This document shows positions 10,626 to 22,029 of a stretch of 64,000 nucleotides of DNA, piece after piece; positions within the stretch are counted from its first letter, which is position 1; each line of letters starts with the position of its first letter. Below the pieces are notes generated by a model. It did not search any database. It saw only the letters and a program-made list of their open reading frames with translations, and was not told the DNA's origin. The stretch comes from Candidatus Krumholzibacteriota bacterium (GTDB taxonomy: Bacteria > Krumholzibacteriota > Krumholzibacteriia > JAJRXK01). Position numbers and translations under genes: made by a program. The stretch spans positions 128,001 through 192,000 of the forward strand of contig CAVXTH010000007.1 of the NCBI GenBank assembly GCA_963764625.1. Direction: 5' to 3'.

Positions 10626-11129
10626 ATGGCAGGCAAGAAGCGCTCGACCAAGGTCGAGGGCGATGTCAAATTCATTGCTCGCAACCGTAAGGCGCGCTTC
10701 AACTTCGAATTCCTCGAGCGATTCGAAGCCGGTCTGGTCCTGGTGGGCACGGAGGTAAAAAGCCTGCGCGCGGGTCAGTGCAATTTGGGAGACGCCTACG
10801 CTGAGATCCGCGGAGCAGAGCTTTGGCTGAAGAATCTGCACATCTCTCCCTATGAGCAGGCCAGCCGGATGAATCACGATCCTCTGCGGGCGAGGAAGCT
10901 CCTGATGCATCGCAAGGAGATCCGGCGCCTGCAGGGCAAAGTCGCCGAGAGAGGGCTCACCCTGGTTGCGGTGAGCCTCTACTTCAAGAAGGGCAAGGCC
11001 AAGTGCGAGCTCGCGCTCGCGCGGGGAAAGAAACTGCACGACAAGCGCGCCAGCGCGGCAGACAAGGACGCCGAGCGCAAGTTACGGAACGCCATGCGAG
11101 GCGGAATGCGCCGCCGCGATCAGGAGTAG
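10626..11129 (+). CDS. smpB: SsrA-binding protein SmpB
   Basis: NRKARFNF, EAGLVLVGTEVKSLR, RKLLMHRKEI, ARGKKLHDKR. Confidence 0.97.
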   Translation: MAGKKRSTKVEGDVKFIARNRKARFNFEFLERFEAGLVLVGTEVKSLRAGQCNLGDAYAEIRGAELWLKNLHISPYEQASRMNHDPLRARKLLMHRKEIRRLQGKVAERGLTLVAVSLYFKKGKAKCELALARGKKLHDKRASAADKDAERKLRNAMRGGMRRRDQE

Positions 11130-11134
11130 GGCGA

Positions 11135-12718
11135 GTGGCAGGTAGAGGCCGATCACATTCACCGGTCCTGAAATCCCGACTGTGGGTGGGACTGATTCTG
11201 GTTTTGGGGCTCGCGTTCCTACCGCTCACGAGTACCGATGTCGCGGCCCAGGGATCCTCCCAGCAGCAGTTCGCGGCCCGCTCGGCGCGCATCAACCCCG
11301 GCGACGGTCGTCCCTCTCTCACGGTCACCCTCAAGCAACTCTCGCCCCCCAGCGAAGAGTGGTACATCGCGGGAAGCGATCTGGCCGACGCCCTGCAGGT
11401 CGGACGCTTCTGGCGGACGGATGTCCGCAAGCTCGTGCTGCGGCTGGATGATCTCCGCGTCACCTTCACCGCCGGCGCTCGTTCGGTGGTCAGCGAGAAG
11501 AGCACGACTCTGCTCCACACCCCGGTCGTTTTCCACCTGGGCGAGCCGTGGATCCCCATGGAGTTCCTCACCGCCATTCTGCCTCAACTGAGCGACAAGT
11601 CGGTTCGTTGGAACGCGGAAGATTTCGTCTTGAACCTGGGCGTGCGCATCACCAATGTGGAAGGCTTGAGCTTCGAGCAAGGGGAACTCTCCACCCAACT
11701 GGTGTTGAAACTGAACACGGCGTTGGCGTTTCGGGTGGACGACAGCCAGCCGCGGCAACTCGTCGTCAAACTCTACGGAGCCCGTATCTCGCCCGGCGCG
11801 CTCACCGTCACCCAACCGCGGGGACTCGTCGACAGCGTAGAGGCCCGGCAGTACAACGATTACGCGCTGGTCACGGTGCACCTCAGCGAGTTGGTGAGCC
11901 GCTACCAGTCGTTCAGCCAAGCCGATGGGCGCGAGATCGTACTCAAGGTGCTCCAAGAGCCCATCACCACCATCCCCGAGCCGGTTCCGCGCGGACCCAA
12001 GATCGTGCAGACTTTGCCCTCCACCGAAGTGGGGCGCAAGGTCACCGTCCGGCGCGTGATCATCGATCCGGGTCACGGCGGAGCGGATGACGGAAAGAAA
12101 GGCATCGGCGGACTCCTGGAGAAAGACGTCACCCTGGCCATAGCGCTCGAATTGAAACGGGAGCTTCAGGGCAAGGACGGCATCGAAGTCTTCCTCACCC
12201 GCGACGACGATTCGACGGTGGGACTCATCGAACGCACCGAGTTCGCCAATCAGCAACGCGGCGATCTGTTTCTTTCGATCCACTGCAACGGCTGGTACGC
12301 GTCTGACGCCAAGGGGGTGGAGACCTACTTCCTCTCTCCGGCCAAGACCCAGTGGGATTCCACGGTGGCAAAGGAAGAGAATTTCACCACCGGGGTGGCA
12401 GAGGATGTCGATTTCATCGTCTGGGATCTGGTGCAGAACCAGTTCATCCAGGAAAGCGCCACGCTGGCCGAACAGGTTCAGCGCAGTCTTTCGAGTAATC
12501 TCCAGCTGGATAATCGCGGGGTGAAACAGGCCGGATTCCGGGTTCTGGTCGGAGCCTACATGCCGGCGATTCTGGTGGAAGTCGCGTTCCTCTCCAATCC
12601 CCAGGAAGCGAAGCTCTTGGCTTCGAGGGATTTTCATCATCGCGTGGCCCATTCGCTCGCGCAGGCGATTCTGGAATTCCGCGATCGCATGGAAGCGGTG
12701 CGCGAGGAGCAGCCGTGA
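11135..12718 (+). CDS. N-acetylmuramoyl-L-alanine amidase (Amidase_3)
   Basis: Signal peptide; IIDPGHGG, EKDVTL, LTRDDD, FLSIHCN, MPAILVEVAFLSN. Start set at GTG 11135, just after the smpB stop. Confidence 0.9.
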   Translation: MAGRGRSHSPVLKSRLWVGLILVLGLAFLPLTSTDVAAQGSSQQQFAARSARINPGDGRPSLTVTLKQLSPPSEEWYIAGSDLADALQVGRFWRTDVRKLVLRLDDLRVTFTAGARSVVSEKSTTLLHTPVVFHLGEPWIPMEFLTAILPQLSDKSVRWNAEDFVLNLGVRITNVEGLSFEQGELSTQLVLKLNTALAFRVDDSQPRQLVVKLYGARISPGALTVTQPRGLVDSVEARQYNDYALVTVHLSELVSRYQSFSQADGREIVLKVLQEPITTIPEPVPRGPKIVQTLPSTEVGRKVTVRRVIIDPGHGGADDGKKGIGGLLEKDVTLAIALELKRELQGKDGIEVFLTRDDDSTVGLIERTEFANQQRGDLFLSIHCNGWYASDAKGVETYFLSPAKTQWDSTVAKEENFTTGVAEDVDFIVWDLVQNQFIQESATLAEQVQRSLSSNLQLDNRGVKQAGFRVLVGAYMPAILVEVAFLSNPQEAKLLASRDFHHRVAHSLAQAILEFRDRMEAVREEQP

Positions 12719-13275
12719 AGATCTCCCGTCGGTTGGTTGCCAGTATCGCGCTGGTTCTCGTGCTCGGGGGAGGCCTCCTCGTCTGGGGAGTGTTCTTTCA
12801 CCAGAAGCGGACGCCCGATGAGTTCGAGGTCACCGAGCCGCTGGACGAGCAGGGAATGCGCAGCGTCACGCTCTACTTCGGGGGACGCACCGCACAGGGT
12901 TTCGTGAGCGAACGCCGCATCATCACTGCCTCGCTACACCGTGACCAAGAAGTCGAGGCGGTAGTAGACGAGCTTCTCCGTGGGCCCAAGAGCGCCAACG
13001 CGGTGCGCACCTGGCCCGAAGGCACCGCGTTGCGCGACGTGTTCTACGACGATGACCTCCATCTGTTATATCTCGATTTCAACAGCGCGCTGGTTTCCGG
13101 CGACACCGGTGGCAGCGCCATGGAGGTCATGACTCTCGGCGCACTTCTGCGCACTATCGCCATCGACTTTCCCGAAGTGGATGCGGTGCAGCTTCTGGTG
13201 AACGGGCTCGAGGTCGAGACGCTAGCCGGCCACATCGACTGCACGAAACCATTTCGGCCACGCGAGTGGCTCTGA
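12715..13275 (+). CDS. GerMN (sporulation/spore germination) domain protein
   Basis: N-terminal TM; VTLYF, ELLRGP, GGSAME, VQLLVNG..ETLAGH; usual amidase-GerMN-murI-rph synteny. Confidence 0.85.
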   Translation: MKISRRLVASIALVLVLGGGLLVWGVFFHQKRTPDEFEVTEPLDEQGMRSVTLYFGGRTAQGFVSERRIITASLHRDQEVEAVVDELLRGPKSANAVRTWPEGTALRDVFYDDDLHLLYLDFNSALVSGDTGGSAMEVMTLGALLRTIAIDFPEVDAVQLLVNGLEVETLAGHIDCTKPFRPREWL

Positions 13276-13317
13276 ACTCCAATCCGGCGCGGGGCAAAAG
13301 CCGCGCAGATCAAATCC

Positions 13318-14217
13318 ATGGATTCCAGACCCATCGGGGTATTCGACAGCGGCGTCGGCGGTCTCACCGTCTTGCGGGCGCTGCGGGAACGATTGCCCCA
13401 AGAGAGTTTCGTATACCTCGGGGACACCGCCCGCGTGCCGTATGGAACCAAGGGTGTCGCGACCATCCGGCGCTTTGCGCTGCAGGCCGCTCGCTATCTC
13501 GAGTCGCGAGGAGTGAAGCGACTCGTGGTGGCCTGCAACACGGCCAGCTCCTACGCCATCGACATCTTGCGCGAGGAATGCTCGGTCCCGGTGGAGGGCG
13601 TGGTCGAGCCCGGGGTCGAAGCGGCCCTGCGGGTGAGTAAGGGGCACGTCGGCGTGATCGGGACTCCGGCCACCATTGCCAGCGATCGCTACGGAGAGCT
13701 CCTGCGCGCAGCCAACCCGCAGATTCGCGTGGAGAGCCAGCACTGTCCTCTTTTCGTGCCCCTGGCCGAGGAGGGCTGGACCGACGATGCCATCGCCCTC
13801 AGCGTGGCCGAGCGGTATCTCGCCGGTCTGCGGCGGGCCGGCATCGACACCCTCATTTTGGGATGCACGCACTATCCGTTGCTCAAGCACGCCATCTCGC
13901 AGGTGATGGGTGAGAGAGTCACCCTGGTGGATTCGGCGCTCGTATTGGCGGAAGCGGTGGAGCAGGATCTTCGCGAAGCCGATGCACTTTCGGACGGACC
14001 GGGGACCGTGCAGCTGGTGGTGAGCGATCTACCGCAGCGCTTCGCCGAGATCAGCCGGCGCTTTCTCCTCACCGACGCGCCCGAGGTGGAAGTGGTGGAT
14101 CTCGATTTGGTTCCCATTTCGCAGGAGGCGCCGCCGCAGACCGCAAGCGGCAAACGACGCTCGCCCAAGAGCCCGACAAAAGGTAAGAAGCAACCCGCGG
14201 GAAAGGATCCCACATGA
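13318..14217 (+). CDS. murI: Glutamate racemase
   Basis: [39 protein letters not shown]. Confidence 0.97.
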   Translation: MDSRPIGVFDSGVGGLTVLRALRERLPQESFVYLGDTARVPYGTKGVATIRRFALQAARYLESRGVKRLVVACNTASSYAIDILREECSVPVEGVVEPGVEAALRVSKGHVGVIGTPATIASDRYGELLRAANPQIRVESQHCPLFVPLAEEGWTDDAIALSVAERYLAGLRRAGIDTLILGCTHYPLLKHAISQVMGERVTLVDSALVLAEAVEQDLREADALSDGPGTVQLVVSDLPQRFAEISRRFLLTDAPEVEVVDLDLVPISQEAPPQTASGKRRSPKSPTKGKKQPAGKDPT

Positions 14218-14957
14218 GTCGACCCAAGGACCGCAAGCCCCACGCGCTACGCCCGGTGAAGATCACGCCTCACTATTCGCGCCACGCCGAGGGCTCCGCG
14301 CTCATCGAGATGGGAGACACCAAGGTGCTGTGCGCGGCGTCGATCGCCCCGGGGATTCCGCGCTGGAGGAGAGAGAGCGGACTGGGATGGGTGACGGCCG
14401 AATACGGCATGCTCCCGCGTGCCACCAACGAACGCACCATGCGCGAACGCGGCCACGTGAGCGGCCGCACGAGCGAGATTCAGCGCCTCATCGGTCGAAG
14501 CCTGCGTTCGGTAACCGACATGGGGATCATCGGCGAGTTCACCCTGACCGTGGACTGCGACGTGATCGAGGCCGACGGCGGAACCCGCACCGCGAGCATC
14601 ACCGGAGCGAGCGTGGCACTTTGGATTGCGCTCGAGCGCATGCGGCGCAAGCTGCGGCTGGGACAGCATCCCATGGCTCATCACGTGGGAGCGGTCAGCG
14701 TGGGGATCGTCAAAGATGAAATCGTCCTGGACCTGGAGTACATCGAAGATTCGATGGCCGAAGTCGACATGAACGTGGTGATGACAGGCAAGGGGAAGTT
14801 TGTGGAGATCCAGGGCACCGCCGAGGGGGAGAACGCCGCCTTCGATGACGCGCAATTGCAGGCCATGCTGAATCTGGCCCGCGGCGGCATTCAGCTTCTG
14901 GGTAAGATCCAGACCCAGGCGTGCGAGATCGCGGTCAAGACCCTGGAGGCGAGCTGA
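14214..14957 (+). CDS. rph: Ribonuclease PH
   Basis: [57 protein letters not shown]. Confidence 0.97.
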   Translation: MSRPKDRKPHALRPVKITPHYSRHAEGSALIEMGDTKVLCAASIAPGIPRWRRESGLGWVTAEYGMLPRATNERTMRERGHVSGRTSEIQRLIGRSLRSVTDMGIIGEFTLTVDCDVIEADGGTRTASITGASVALWIALERMRRKLRLGQHPMAHHVGAVSVGIVKDEIVLDLEYIEDSMAEVDMNVVMTGKGKFVEIQGTAEGENAAFDDAQLQAMLNLARGGIQLLGKIQTQACEIAVKTLEAS

Positions 14958-15607
14958 TGGCGGAGAGGTCCGTGCTTGTGCTCGCCACACGCAATCGCGA
15001 CAAGGTGAGCGAAATGCGGCGGCTGTTTGCCGATCTTCCCCTGGATGGGCTGCGTTGCGCGCTCGACTATCCCGATCTCGAAGAGGTCGAGGAGACGGGC
15101 ACGAGCCTGGCGGAGAACGCGCTGCTGAAGGCGCGGGCGGTGGCCCAGGCGACCGGACTGATGAGCGTGGCCGACGACACGGGCCTGTTCGTGGACGCAC
15201 TCGAAGGCGCGCCCGGAATCTACGCTGCCCGCTACGCGGGCGAGGGCTGCACCTACGCCGACAACCGCGAGAAGTTACTTCGGGAACTGGCCTCGATTCC
15301 CTCGCCCAGGCGCGCACGCTTCAAGACCGCGATGGCCCTGGTCGATCCCCGTGGCGAGGACGGGGCGAGCGAGCATCTCGTCGAAGGAGTACTCGAAGGG
15401 GAGATTCTGAGCGAGATGAGGGGTGAAGGCGGTTTTGGCTACGATCCCGTCTTCTATCTACCGGCGGAAGGGCGTACCCTGGCGGAGATGGCGATCGAAG
15501 AGAAGAACAAGATCAGCCACCGGGCCGAGGCGGCCGCCGCGATGCACGAGTACCTACGAGGGTACCTGGCGAAGACTTCTGAGCGCGGCGCTAGAGGATC
15601 GGCTTGA
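14957..15607 (+). CDS. rdgB: dITP/XTP pyrophosphatase (HAM1 family)
   Basis: LATRNRDK, ENALLKA, ADDTGL, GFGYDPVF, KNKISHR; TGATG translational coupling to rph. Confidence 0.95.
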   Translation: MAERSVLVLATRNRDKVSEMRRLFADLPLDGLRCALDYPDLEEVEETGTSLAENALLKARAVAQATGLMSVADDTGLFVDALEGAPGIYAARYAGEGCTYADNREKLLRELASIPSPRRARFKTAMALVDPRGEDGASEHLVEGVLEGEILSEMRGEGGFGYDPVFYLPAEGRTLAEMAIEEKNKISHRAEAAAAMHEYLRGYLAKTSERGARGSA

Positions 15608-15652
15608 CGGCGACGCTCTTTACGACGAGATTCTGCACCCGCTTCAAATGGT

Positions 15653-15729
<77 letters not shown>

Positions 15730-15763
15730 ACTTACCACATCAACTGGCTCATGCGCACAAGAT

Positions 15764-15789
15764 GGCCTCGCGCCCAAAGACGCGAGGCC
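15764..15789. terminator. Hairpin between convergent tRNA-Pro and the lamin-tail gene
   Basis: GGCCTCGCG-N8-CGCGAGGCC. Confidence 0.5.
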
Positions 15790-15822
15790 CCGAATCGAAT
15801 CCTCAAGTGTGAGCCGTCTCGA

Positions 15823-16476
15823 CTAGTAACGAGCCTTCATCGCTCCCCAGCTGTCGGAGCTCGCGTCCACCGGCTGCAAGCAGTTGGTGTCCGCCGAAGT
15901 ATTGGCCGCGCCCGGCGTGATGCAGCGCGGACTGAAGTCCACGTTGTTCTGATCGGTATCCACACCGTCGGGATAGCGCGAGATGCCGAGGTAATCGAAG
16001 GCGGCGTCATCGATCAAGCCGACTCCCGATCCCTCCGTGTACGGGGCACCGGTATCACCTTCGTAGCTCACCGTGTCAATCAAAACACCATTCGCATCAA
16101 ACAGTGCCACCGCGTCGGGGGCACCGTTCTGGATGAGATTGGTGTCCGGTGTAACATCCATGTCGCAGTTGGTGGTATTGGCGCTGTCTCCGCAGAGGAC
16201 GAAATAGTCCCCGGCTGCGAGTGACATCGCCGGCAGGATGAAGAGCTGATACTGCACCGCGCCACCGCCGCTGCCGTTGACGAGCTCGACCGCCCAGCCG
16301 TTGAGATCGACCGCGGCTCCACTGACGTTCTTCAATTCGATGAATTCAGAGGCGTCCGTTCCAGCCTGGTCGTAGTCGATCTCGTTGATGACGATCTGTG
16401 CCATGACCATCGTGGCGCTGAAAAGCAGAATGAGGGCGACCATCGAGGATGTGAGAATCGTTCGCATTGGTCTCAT
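15823..16476 (-). CDS. Secreted lamin-tail-domain (LTD) protein with C-terminal SWGxxK tail
   Basis: Signal peptide (MVMA-Q); IVINEIDYD..SEFIELKN, IQNGAPDAVAL, ITPGAAN; ends VDASSDSWGAMKARY. Confidence 0.8.
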   Translation of the reverse strand: MRPMRTILTSSMVALILLFSATMVMAQIVINEIDYDQAGTDASEFIELKNVSGAAVDLNGWAVELVNGSGGGAVQYQLFILPAMSLAAGDYFVLCGDSANTTNCDMDVTPDTNLIQNGAPDAVALFDANGVLIDTVSYEGDTGAPYTEGSGVGLIDDAAFDYLGISRYPDGVDTDQNNVDFSPRCITPGAANTSADTNCLQPVDASSDSWGAMKARY

Positions 16477-16701
16477 GGAAGGACTTCCTTTCGTTGTGTC
16501 AAATGGGGGGCAAAGCCACTCAGGGACCTTTCTTGGCTTTTTCCAACAGCGGTGATCGATTCGCGGCGTGTCCCCCGGCAAGGGATGAAGGATGTTCGGA
16601 ACCAAGGGGAGCATACACCAAGAGGGGACCCGGAGTCGACCTGAGTTAGGCAGAGTGGGAGGTCGAGGGGCGCCGGTTCGAACCCCGGCGCTCCGAATGG
16701 A

Positions 16702-17454
16702 CTAGTCGTGGAACAGGCTCTTGATCATGCCCCAGCTCTTGCCTTCGGTGCCCACGAAGGGTTCGCAGCAGTCCGCGGTGGCTCGAAATACGAGATTACC
16801 AGGGAAATTGGAGACTGGGTCCGTGACGAGGTCGATGTCCTGACCACCGTTGAAGTTCCAGCTGGTACAGGCCGTGGGCACGCTATCGGTCACGATCCCG
16901 GGAACCCCACCAAGCCGACAGCGAACGTCGGAGAGGTGGATTCCAATGGCATAGAGGTAGCCCTTGTCCGCACAGACACAGTCGAGTGGCAGTCCCACGG
17001 TGTAGCCTCCCCCGCTGGGAAGGACCGCAGTGTAGGTGGAGGCCACGCAGTGCTCCTGGGTGACGGTATAGCAGCCTGGAGTCGTCTCCTCGGCTTCGGC
17101 GAAGGATGCCTGAACGTCTAACTCGCAGCTGTCTCCGCTCGAGACAGACACCAGAAAACGGATCTCCGTCACCTGGAAGCCAGTGGGGCACACCCCGCAA
17201 CCCTGCGTGGGATCGAAGATGAGGTAGTAGTCCTCGGGAGGTAGCAACCAACCCTCTATCGAAAAAGAACCGGCGCTGGCATTTCCTGTTACGCAACTCA
17301 CCGGAGGCAGGGAGACCTTGCCGGGCTCCATCGGAAATGCATCTTCGAGATTGTCGATCCGCTTCACGGTAGCCTTGCGTTGCGCGAAGGAAGTCTGCGC
17401 GACCAGACAGAAGAGCAGGATCAAAGAGAGTACGAGCACAACGCGTGAATGCAT
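16702..17454 (-). CDS. Secreted Cys-rich hypothetical protein with C-terminal SWGxxK tail
   Basis: GAGG RBS, signal peptide (TSFA-Q), ends VGTEGKSWGMIKSLFHD; hairpin at ~16668-16693 downstream. Confidence 0.75.
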   Translation of the reverse strand: MHSRVVLVLSLILLFCLVAQTSFAQRKATVKRIDNLEDAFPMEPGKVSLPPVSCVTGNASAGSFSIEGWLLPPEDYYLIFDPTQGCGVCPTGFQVTEIRFLVSVSSGDSCELDVQASFAEAEETTPGCYTVTQEHCVASTYTAVLPSGGGYTVGLPLDCVCADKGYLYAIGIHLSDVRCRLGGVPGIVTDSVPTACTSWNFNGGQDIDLVTDPVSNFPGNLVFRATADCCEPFVGTEGKSWGMIKSLFHD

Positions 17455-17609
17455 GATGACCTCACGGAGACCTGAAACGCAACGATACCCGGCACGGCGA
17501 TCGCGGCGCATCCAGAGACCAGGAGCCGTTAGCGGTAGTAGCGCCCTCTCGGGTGAATCTTGTCAAGCGCAATGTTGCACGACGGGAAGCGCCACGCGGT
17601 CGCTGCCGG

Positions 17610-19945
17610 CTAGGGCGCGTCGTTCGGCCGCTGGAAGGTCTCGATCCGTATCGGATGGTACAACCGATCGAGGTAAGCCTGCAGCCCGCGGAGAATCCAG
17701 ATCGCGGAATCTCCCTCGGGGAAGATCACAGCCGCCAACTCGTCGCTCAACGGGTTGAAGGAGGGCAGACCGGCGGAAGCGTATGATTTCGTCAGGAGCA
17801 GAGAGCGCCCCGACTCGGAATCGACGAGGTAGAGAGCTTTGTTCAACAGTCCGATCCGCGGTGACCGCGAGGCAGCGACCGTCGCGATTCCAAGCCGGAC
17901 GATAGAAGACCTCAGACGGCGAGCTCAGGCGCTTCGTCTCGCCACTCTTCAGGTCGAGTAGGTGAATCCCGTCGCTCTGACGCGTCCACGCGATTCGATC
18001 TCCCGCGAAAGAGAACGAAGGAAAGCCATTTCCGCCGTCACGGGTGAGTTGCCGAAGTTCGGGGGTTTGGAGATTTTCGAGCCAGATTTCCGAGCTTCCG
18101 CTGCGCTGAGAAGAGAAGGCGATCCACTTGCCGTCGGGCGACCAGCTGGGCGAGATGTCGTTAGCGGGATCGGAGGTGATGGGCGTGAGCTTGTCGCGCG
18201 TCAAATCGTAGAGGGCGAGATCGACGTTGCCATTCTGTAGCACCGAGAGGGCCAGGGACTTGCCGTCGGGTGACCAGGAAAGGACATCCAAAAACTTCTT
18301 CTGGGTCAGGATAGTTCTCTCGCTGCCTCCGTCGACGGACCGAATGCAGATGCGGCTCTGATTCCCCGGGTCGCCGACTCGATAGGCCAGTGACTTGCCG
18401 TCGGGAGACCAGGTGGGACTGATGTATTCCTGATCTCCTCGGGGGTCACGCGTGCCATGGTGAGAGGATCGATCGTCAAAGGCGTACAATAGAGAATCGC
18501 GACCTCGGGACGAACGTAGATCTGGCGTACCGCAGCTCGCCGTTGATGGCGGCGCGGTCATACAGCAGCGGTCGCAGAGCCGGTCGCAAAGCATGGATCG
18601 TGAGTTTGTCGAGCATGAGATAGCGTGCGTGTTTCTCGGGCCAGGAACTCCATGATGTCTTCGTATGCAGCTACCGGAATCTCCACATACCTCGCACCGG
18701 CGTAGAATGCAAAATAAGGCTTACGATCGGCGACCAGATCACCGGGCTGGATGCGATTTTCGATTTCAGTATCTGGGCTGTCTTTCGGCTAAATGCGAAT
18801 GTGCCCGAGATGGGCGTCACGAGCAGCGGGTAGTTGAGCCATACTCCGACGCCCCCGGCGACGAGCAGGCGCGAAAGATAAGCATCCAGCGCCTCCGCTT
18901 CCCACCCAAAATCTCCACTGCCGATCAAGGCATAGAGAATCAGAATCGGAAGATAGGGCAAGAATGAAGCGGGGCTCACTCCGCGGCGTGAAGGCCGGAT
19001 AGACCAGAAATGGAACCAGGGCGGCCGCGAGGATTCCCGCGCCTCTTCCACAGGCCAAAGAGCGCCAGGAGAAAGGCAACCGGAAGCAGATGTCGATTCA
19101 GCAGCAAAAGCTCATGGGGCAGTCGCTTCAGGTAGTCCGCTACGGCACTGGTATCTGGGTCTGTTCCTCGAGTCACCTTCTTGGCCAGCTGGGAAGTGGA
19201 AGAATCGATCAGGGCTTCGCGCTTCTGCCAAGGTGGGCACTCAGGCCGAAGTTTCCCGACTTGCTCAAGCAGCTGCAACCTGTCCAACCGAAACCGAGAG
19301 CGCCGCGCTGCCCAGCACGTAAACCAGCGCAAAGCCGCCCAGAAGTCGAAGTACTCGTCGCGGTGGCGCAGTTTGAACAGGCTGAGGACGGCGACGATCC
19401 CGATGGCTTCGGGCCGGGTGATCGCGGCCATTCCCAAAGACAGCCCGCTCTGCCCGGAATGCTCTCGGGTGAAAAGAAGCAGGGCCAGAAGGACCCAGAA
19501 GAGATAGAGACGACTCCGACATGGTCATGAGCGAGTACTGGATGAAGATGGGCTTGTCGCGCCAAGCACGCAGAGCGCCAACCATAGCCAGTTCCCGGCG
19601 CACGAATCGACCGCACAACAGATAGAAGACGCAGAGCGATGCCAGCGCGGCGAGCAGCGACACGGTCTGCGCCGCGCGAACCCCGTCGTGAATGATCGGC
19701 AACAGCAGCGCGATGAACGCCGGATAGCCAATGGGGAACGCGCTGGCGGAGTTTCCCGAGAGAAGGGTCTTGGCCTGGTTGATGTAGTACGTACCGTCAT
19801 ACGAGACCAAATCGAAAGTCTTCAGAAAGGGAATGCGGGCGGCGAGACTGACCAGAATCAGCGCCGTGCAGGCGTAACGGTCTCGAAGTACGAATTGGCG
19901 CCGGGAATCTCGTTTTGGTGAGGATGAACGTTTGGGCTTGGTCAA
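17610..19945 (-). pseudogene. GT39/PMT-like membrane glycosyltransferase fused to TolB/PD40 beta-propeller; multiple frameshifts
   Basis: Collinear fragments across frames: SYDGTYY..FPIGYP..MTMSES, AAITRPEA, FTPRSEPRF, GDLVADRKPYFAFYSG, then repeated SPTWSPDGK/SWSPDGK PD40 motifs. Confidence 0.65.
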
Positions 19946-21840
19946 GTTCGGTCGTCCTCTAGGACTTCACGCACCTTGCGCGCCAGCATTTCGATTCCGA
20001 AGGGCTTCGGAATGAAGTGCACGCCCTGATCGAGTATGCCCTGCCTCGAGATGGTGTCTGCTGTATATCCTGACATGAAAAGTGTCTTGAGATCGGGTTT
20101 CGTTTTCAGCAACGAGTCTTGGAGTTCTTTTCCGCTCATGTTGGGCATGACGACGTCGGTGATCAAGAGATCGAACTCATCACGATGGTCTTTGAAGATT
20201 TGTTGCGCCGTTTTTGCCGAATCTGCGACGAAGACAGTGTAACCAATGTCCTTCAGAACGGTGGTCACAAGATCGCGAACCATGGGGTCATCCTCGACCA
20301 GCAGCACACTCTCCGTGGCCGGCTCGAGGTGGACGAGATGCGCACCACTAATCGGAGCGGGTCGTTCGCTGCAACTGGGAAAGTGCAGAACGAAGGTCGT
20401 TCCCTTGCCCACGTCGCTGCTGAACCGGATGAACCCTCCGTACTGGGCCACGACGCTCTGCACCGTCGCCAGACCCAACCCAGTGCTGGTCGCCTCGTCC
20501 TTTGTGGTGAAGAAGGGCTCGAAGATGTGATCACGCGTCGCGGGGTCGATCCCTCGTCCGGTGTCGCTCACCGCAAGCTGGACGAATTCTCCGGGGGCGA
20601 CATCTGGTTCGTGGGCGATTTCTTCGGGGGGCACCACTACGTTCTTGGTCTCGATCTGAAGGCGTCCGCCCTTCGGCATCGCATCGCGAGCATTGGCCGC
20701 CAGGTTGGCGAGAATGTGGTCGAGCTGGGAAGGATCGATCTTGATTCGCCACAGATCGGCTCCAGGCTTGAAGACGAGTTCGATGTCCTCGCCGATCAGA
20801 CGACCCAGGGTCACTTGCATTCCTTCGACCGCCGGGTTCAATTCCAACGAGCGGGGACTGATGATCTGCTTGCGCGAAAATGCCAGGAGCTGACGAGTGA
20901 GGTCGGCCGAGCGTCTGGCGGCCTTGTCGATCTCCCGGATCTCTTCCGCGAGGCCCTCGTTCAAGCCCGAACGAGTCAGAATCAACTCCGTGTACCCGAG
21001 AATGACGTTGAGCATGTTGTTGAAGTCATGAGCCACGCCGCCGGCCAGTCGTCCAATGGCCTCCATCTTATGGGACTGTCGCAGCTGTTCCTCGACCGAG
21101 CGCAGCTTCGTGACGTCCTCCACGAGGGATAGGACCCCGAGAACCTCGCCATCCGTTCCGATCAGCGGCGCGTTGTACCACTCGCAGAGAATGGTCTTGC
21201 CGCTCTTGGTCACGTTCTTGTTCGTGCTTCGCTTCCCCCCAGATGCGTTCATGAGATTCTGCCAGATCTTGTCTACGTGTTCCCGTGCATCATCGGGCAC
21301 GATGAACCTCGCATGATGACCAATCGCCTCCTCTTTCGAGTGTCCGAAGATTCGCTCCGCCGCGAGATTCCATTGCGTCGCCTTGAACTCCGGGTCCCAG
21401 GTGATGATGGCCATGGGGGATTGCTGGACGATGAGAGCCAGGCTCTCGCGGTATTCCCGATACTGTTTCGCGCGCTCCTTGCGCTCGGTGATGTCGCGGA
21501 CGATCGCGATGAGGACCGGTTGATTGTCGTAGGAAGAGTACACTCCGTAGATTTCAGCGAGATAGTTCGTGCCGTTCTTGCGATGTCCCTCGCGCTCCAG
21601 CGAGTTTGTACGTGGGTCTCGGGCCTGGTCCATGAACTGCGGAAGGTCCTCGATGGGATCGAGATCGAGGATCTCATTGATACGTTTGCCGATGAGCTCT
21701 TCCCGGGTATATCCGGTCAGATCCGCGAAGGTGGGATTCGCGTTCAGGATGGTCGTGTTCGCGTCGATGACGCAAATGCCGTCGAGCATGCTCTCGTAGA
21801 TGGCGAGCAGCTCGTCGAAGGACGGAATGGCGTGGCGCAC
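19942..21840 (-). CDS. Hybrid sensor histidine kinase (PAS-PAS-HisKA-HATPase-REC)
   Basis: Two PAS/PAC domains, LAGGVAHDFNN, NARDAM, FEPFFTTK, GLGL, receiver LLVEDD..TDVVMP..MSGY..KPF. Start GTG 21840 chosen on its RBS. Confidence 0.92.
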   Translation of the reverse strand: MRHAIPSFDELLAIYESMLDGICVIDANTTILNANPTFADLTGYTREELIGKRINEILDLDPIEDLPQFMDQARDPRTNSLEREGHRKNGTNYLAEIYGVYSSYDNQPVLIAIVRDITERKERAKQYREYRESLALIVQQSPMAIITWDPEFKATQWNLAAERIFGHSKEEAIGHHARFIVPDDAREHVDKIWQNLMNASGGKRSTNKNVTKSGKTILCEWYNAPLIGTDGEVLGVLSLVEDVTKLRSVEEQLRQSHKMEAIGRLAGGVAHDFNNMLNVILGYTELILTRSGLNEGLAEEIREIDKAARRSADLTRQLLAFSRKQIISPRSLELNPAVEGMQVTLGRLIGEDIELVFKPGADLWRIKIDPSQLDHILANLAANARDAMPKGGRLQIETKNVVVPPEEIAHEPDVAPGEFVQLAVSDTGRGIDPATRDHIFEPFFTTKDEATSTGLGLATVQSVVAQYGGFIRFSSDVGKGTTFVLHFPSCSERPAPISGAHLVHLEPATESVLLVEDDPMVRDLVTTVLKDIGYTVFVADSAKTAQQIFKDHRDEFDLLITDVVMPNMSGKELQDSLLKTKPDLKTLFMSGYTADTISRQGILDQGVHFIPKPFGIEMLARKVREVLEDDRT

Positions 21841-22029
21841 GGATTGACCCCTCGCATGGACCCATCGCAGGGAATCCTGCTTGGAATGTTTGAGGGAAGC
21901 TGCCGGCAAGTCAAGGGGATAAGGGCCCGAGCCGGCCTTTCACGGCCAGTGGAGACTTGTGCATTGGCCACGTCGAGCCTACGCTATCGTGGTTCAAGAG
22001 GTCCGGTTCAACAACAAAGAAGCTCTCTC

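Noticed and set aside
10480-11135. tmRNA (ssrA) next to smpB
   Set aside because: No GGGG...CCACCA tmRNA ends or space for one; the adjacent RNA gene is tRNA-Leu
16490-16560. Possible c-di-GMP riboswitch (GCAAAGCC...TGGCTTT) upstream of the lamin-tail gene
   Set aside because: Only a simple hairpin; the GCAAAGCC reads on the non-coding strand and the GGCAAAC/GAAA elements are missing
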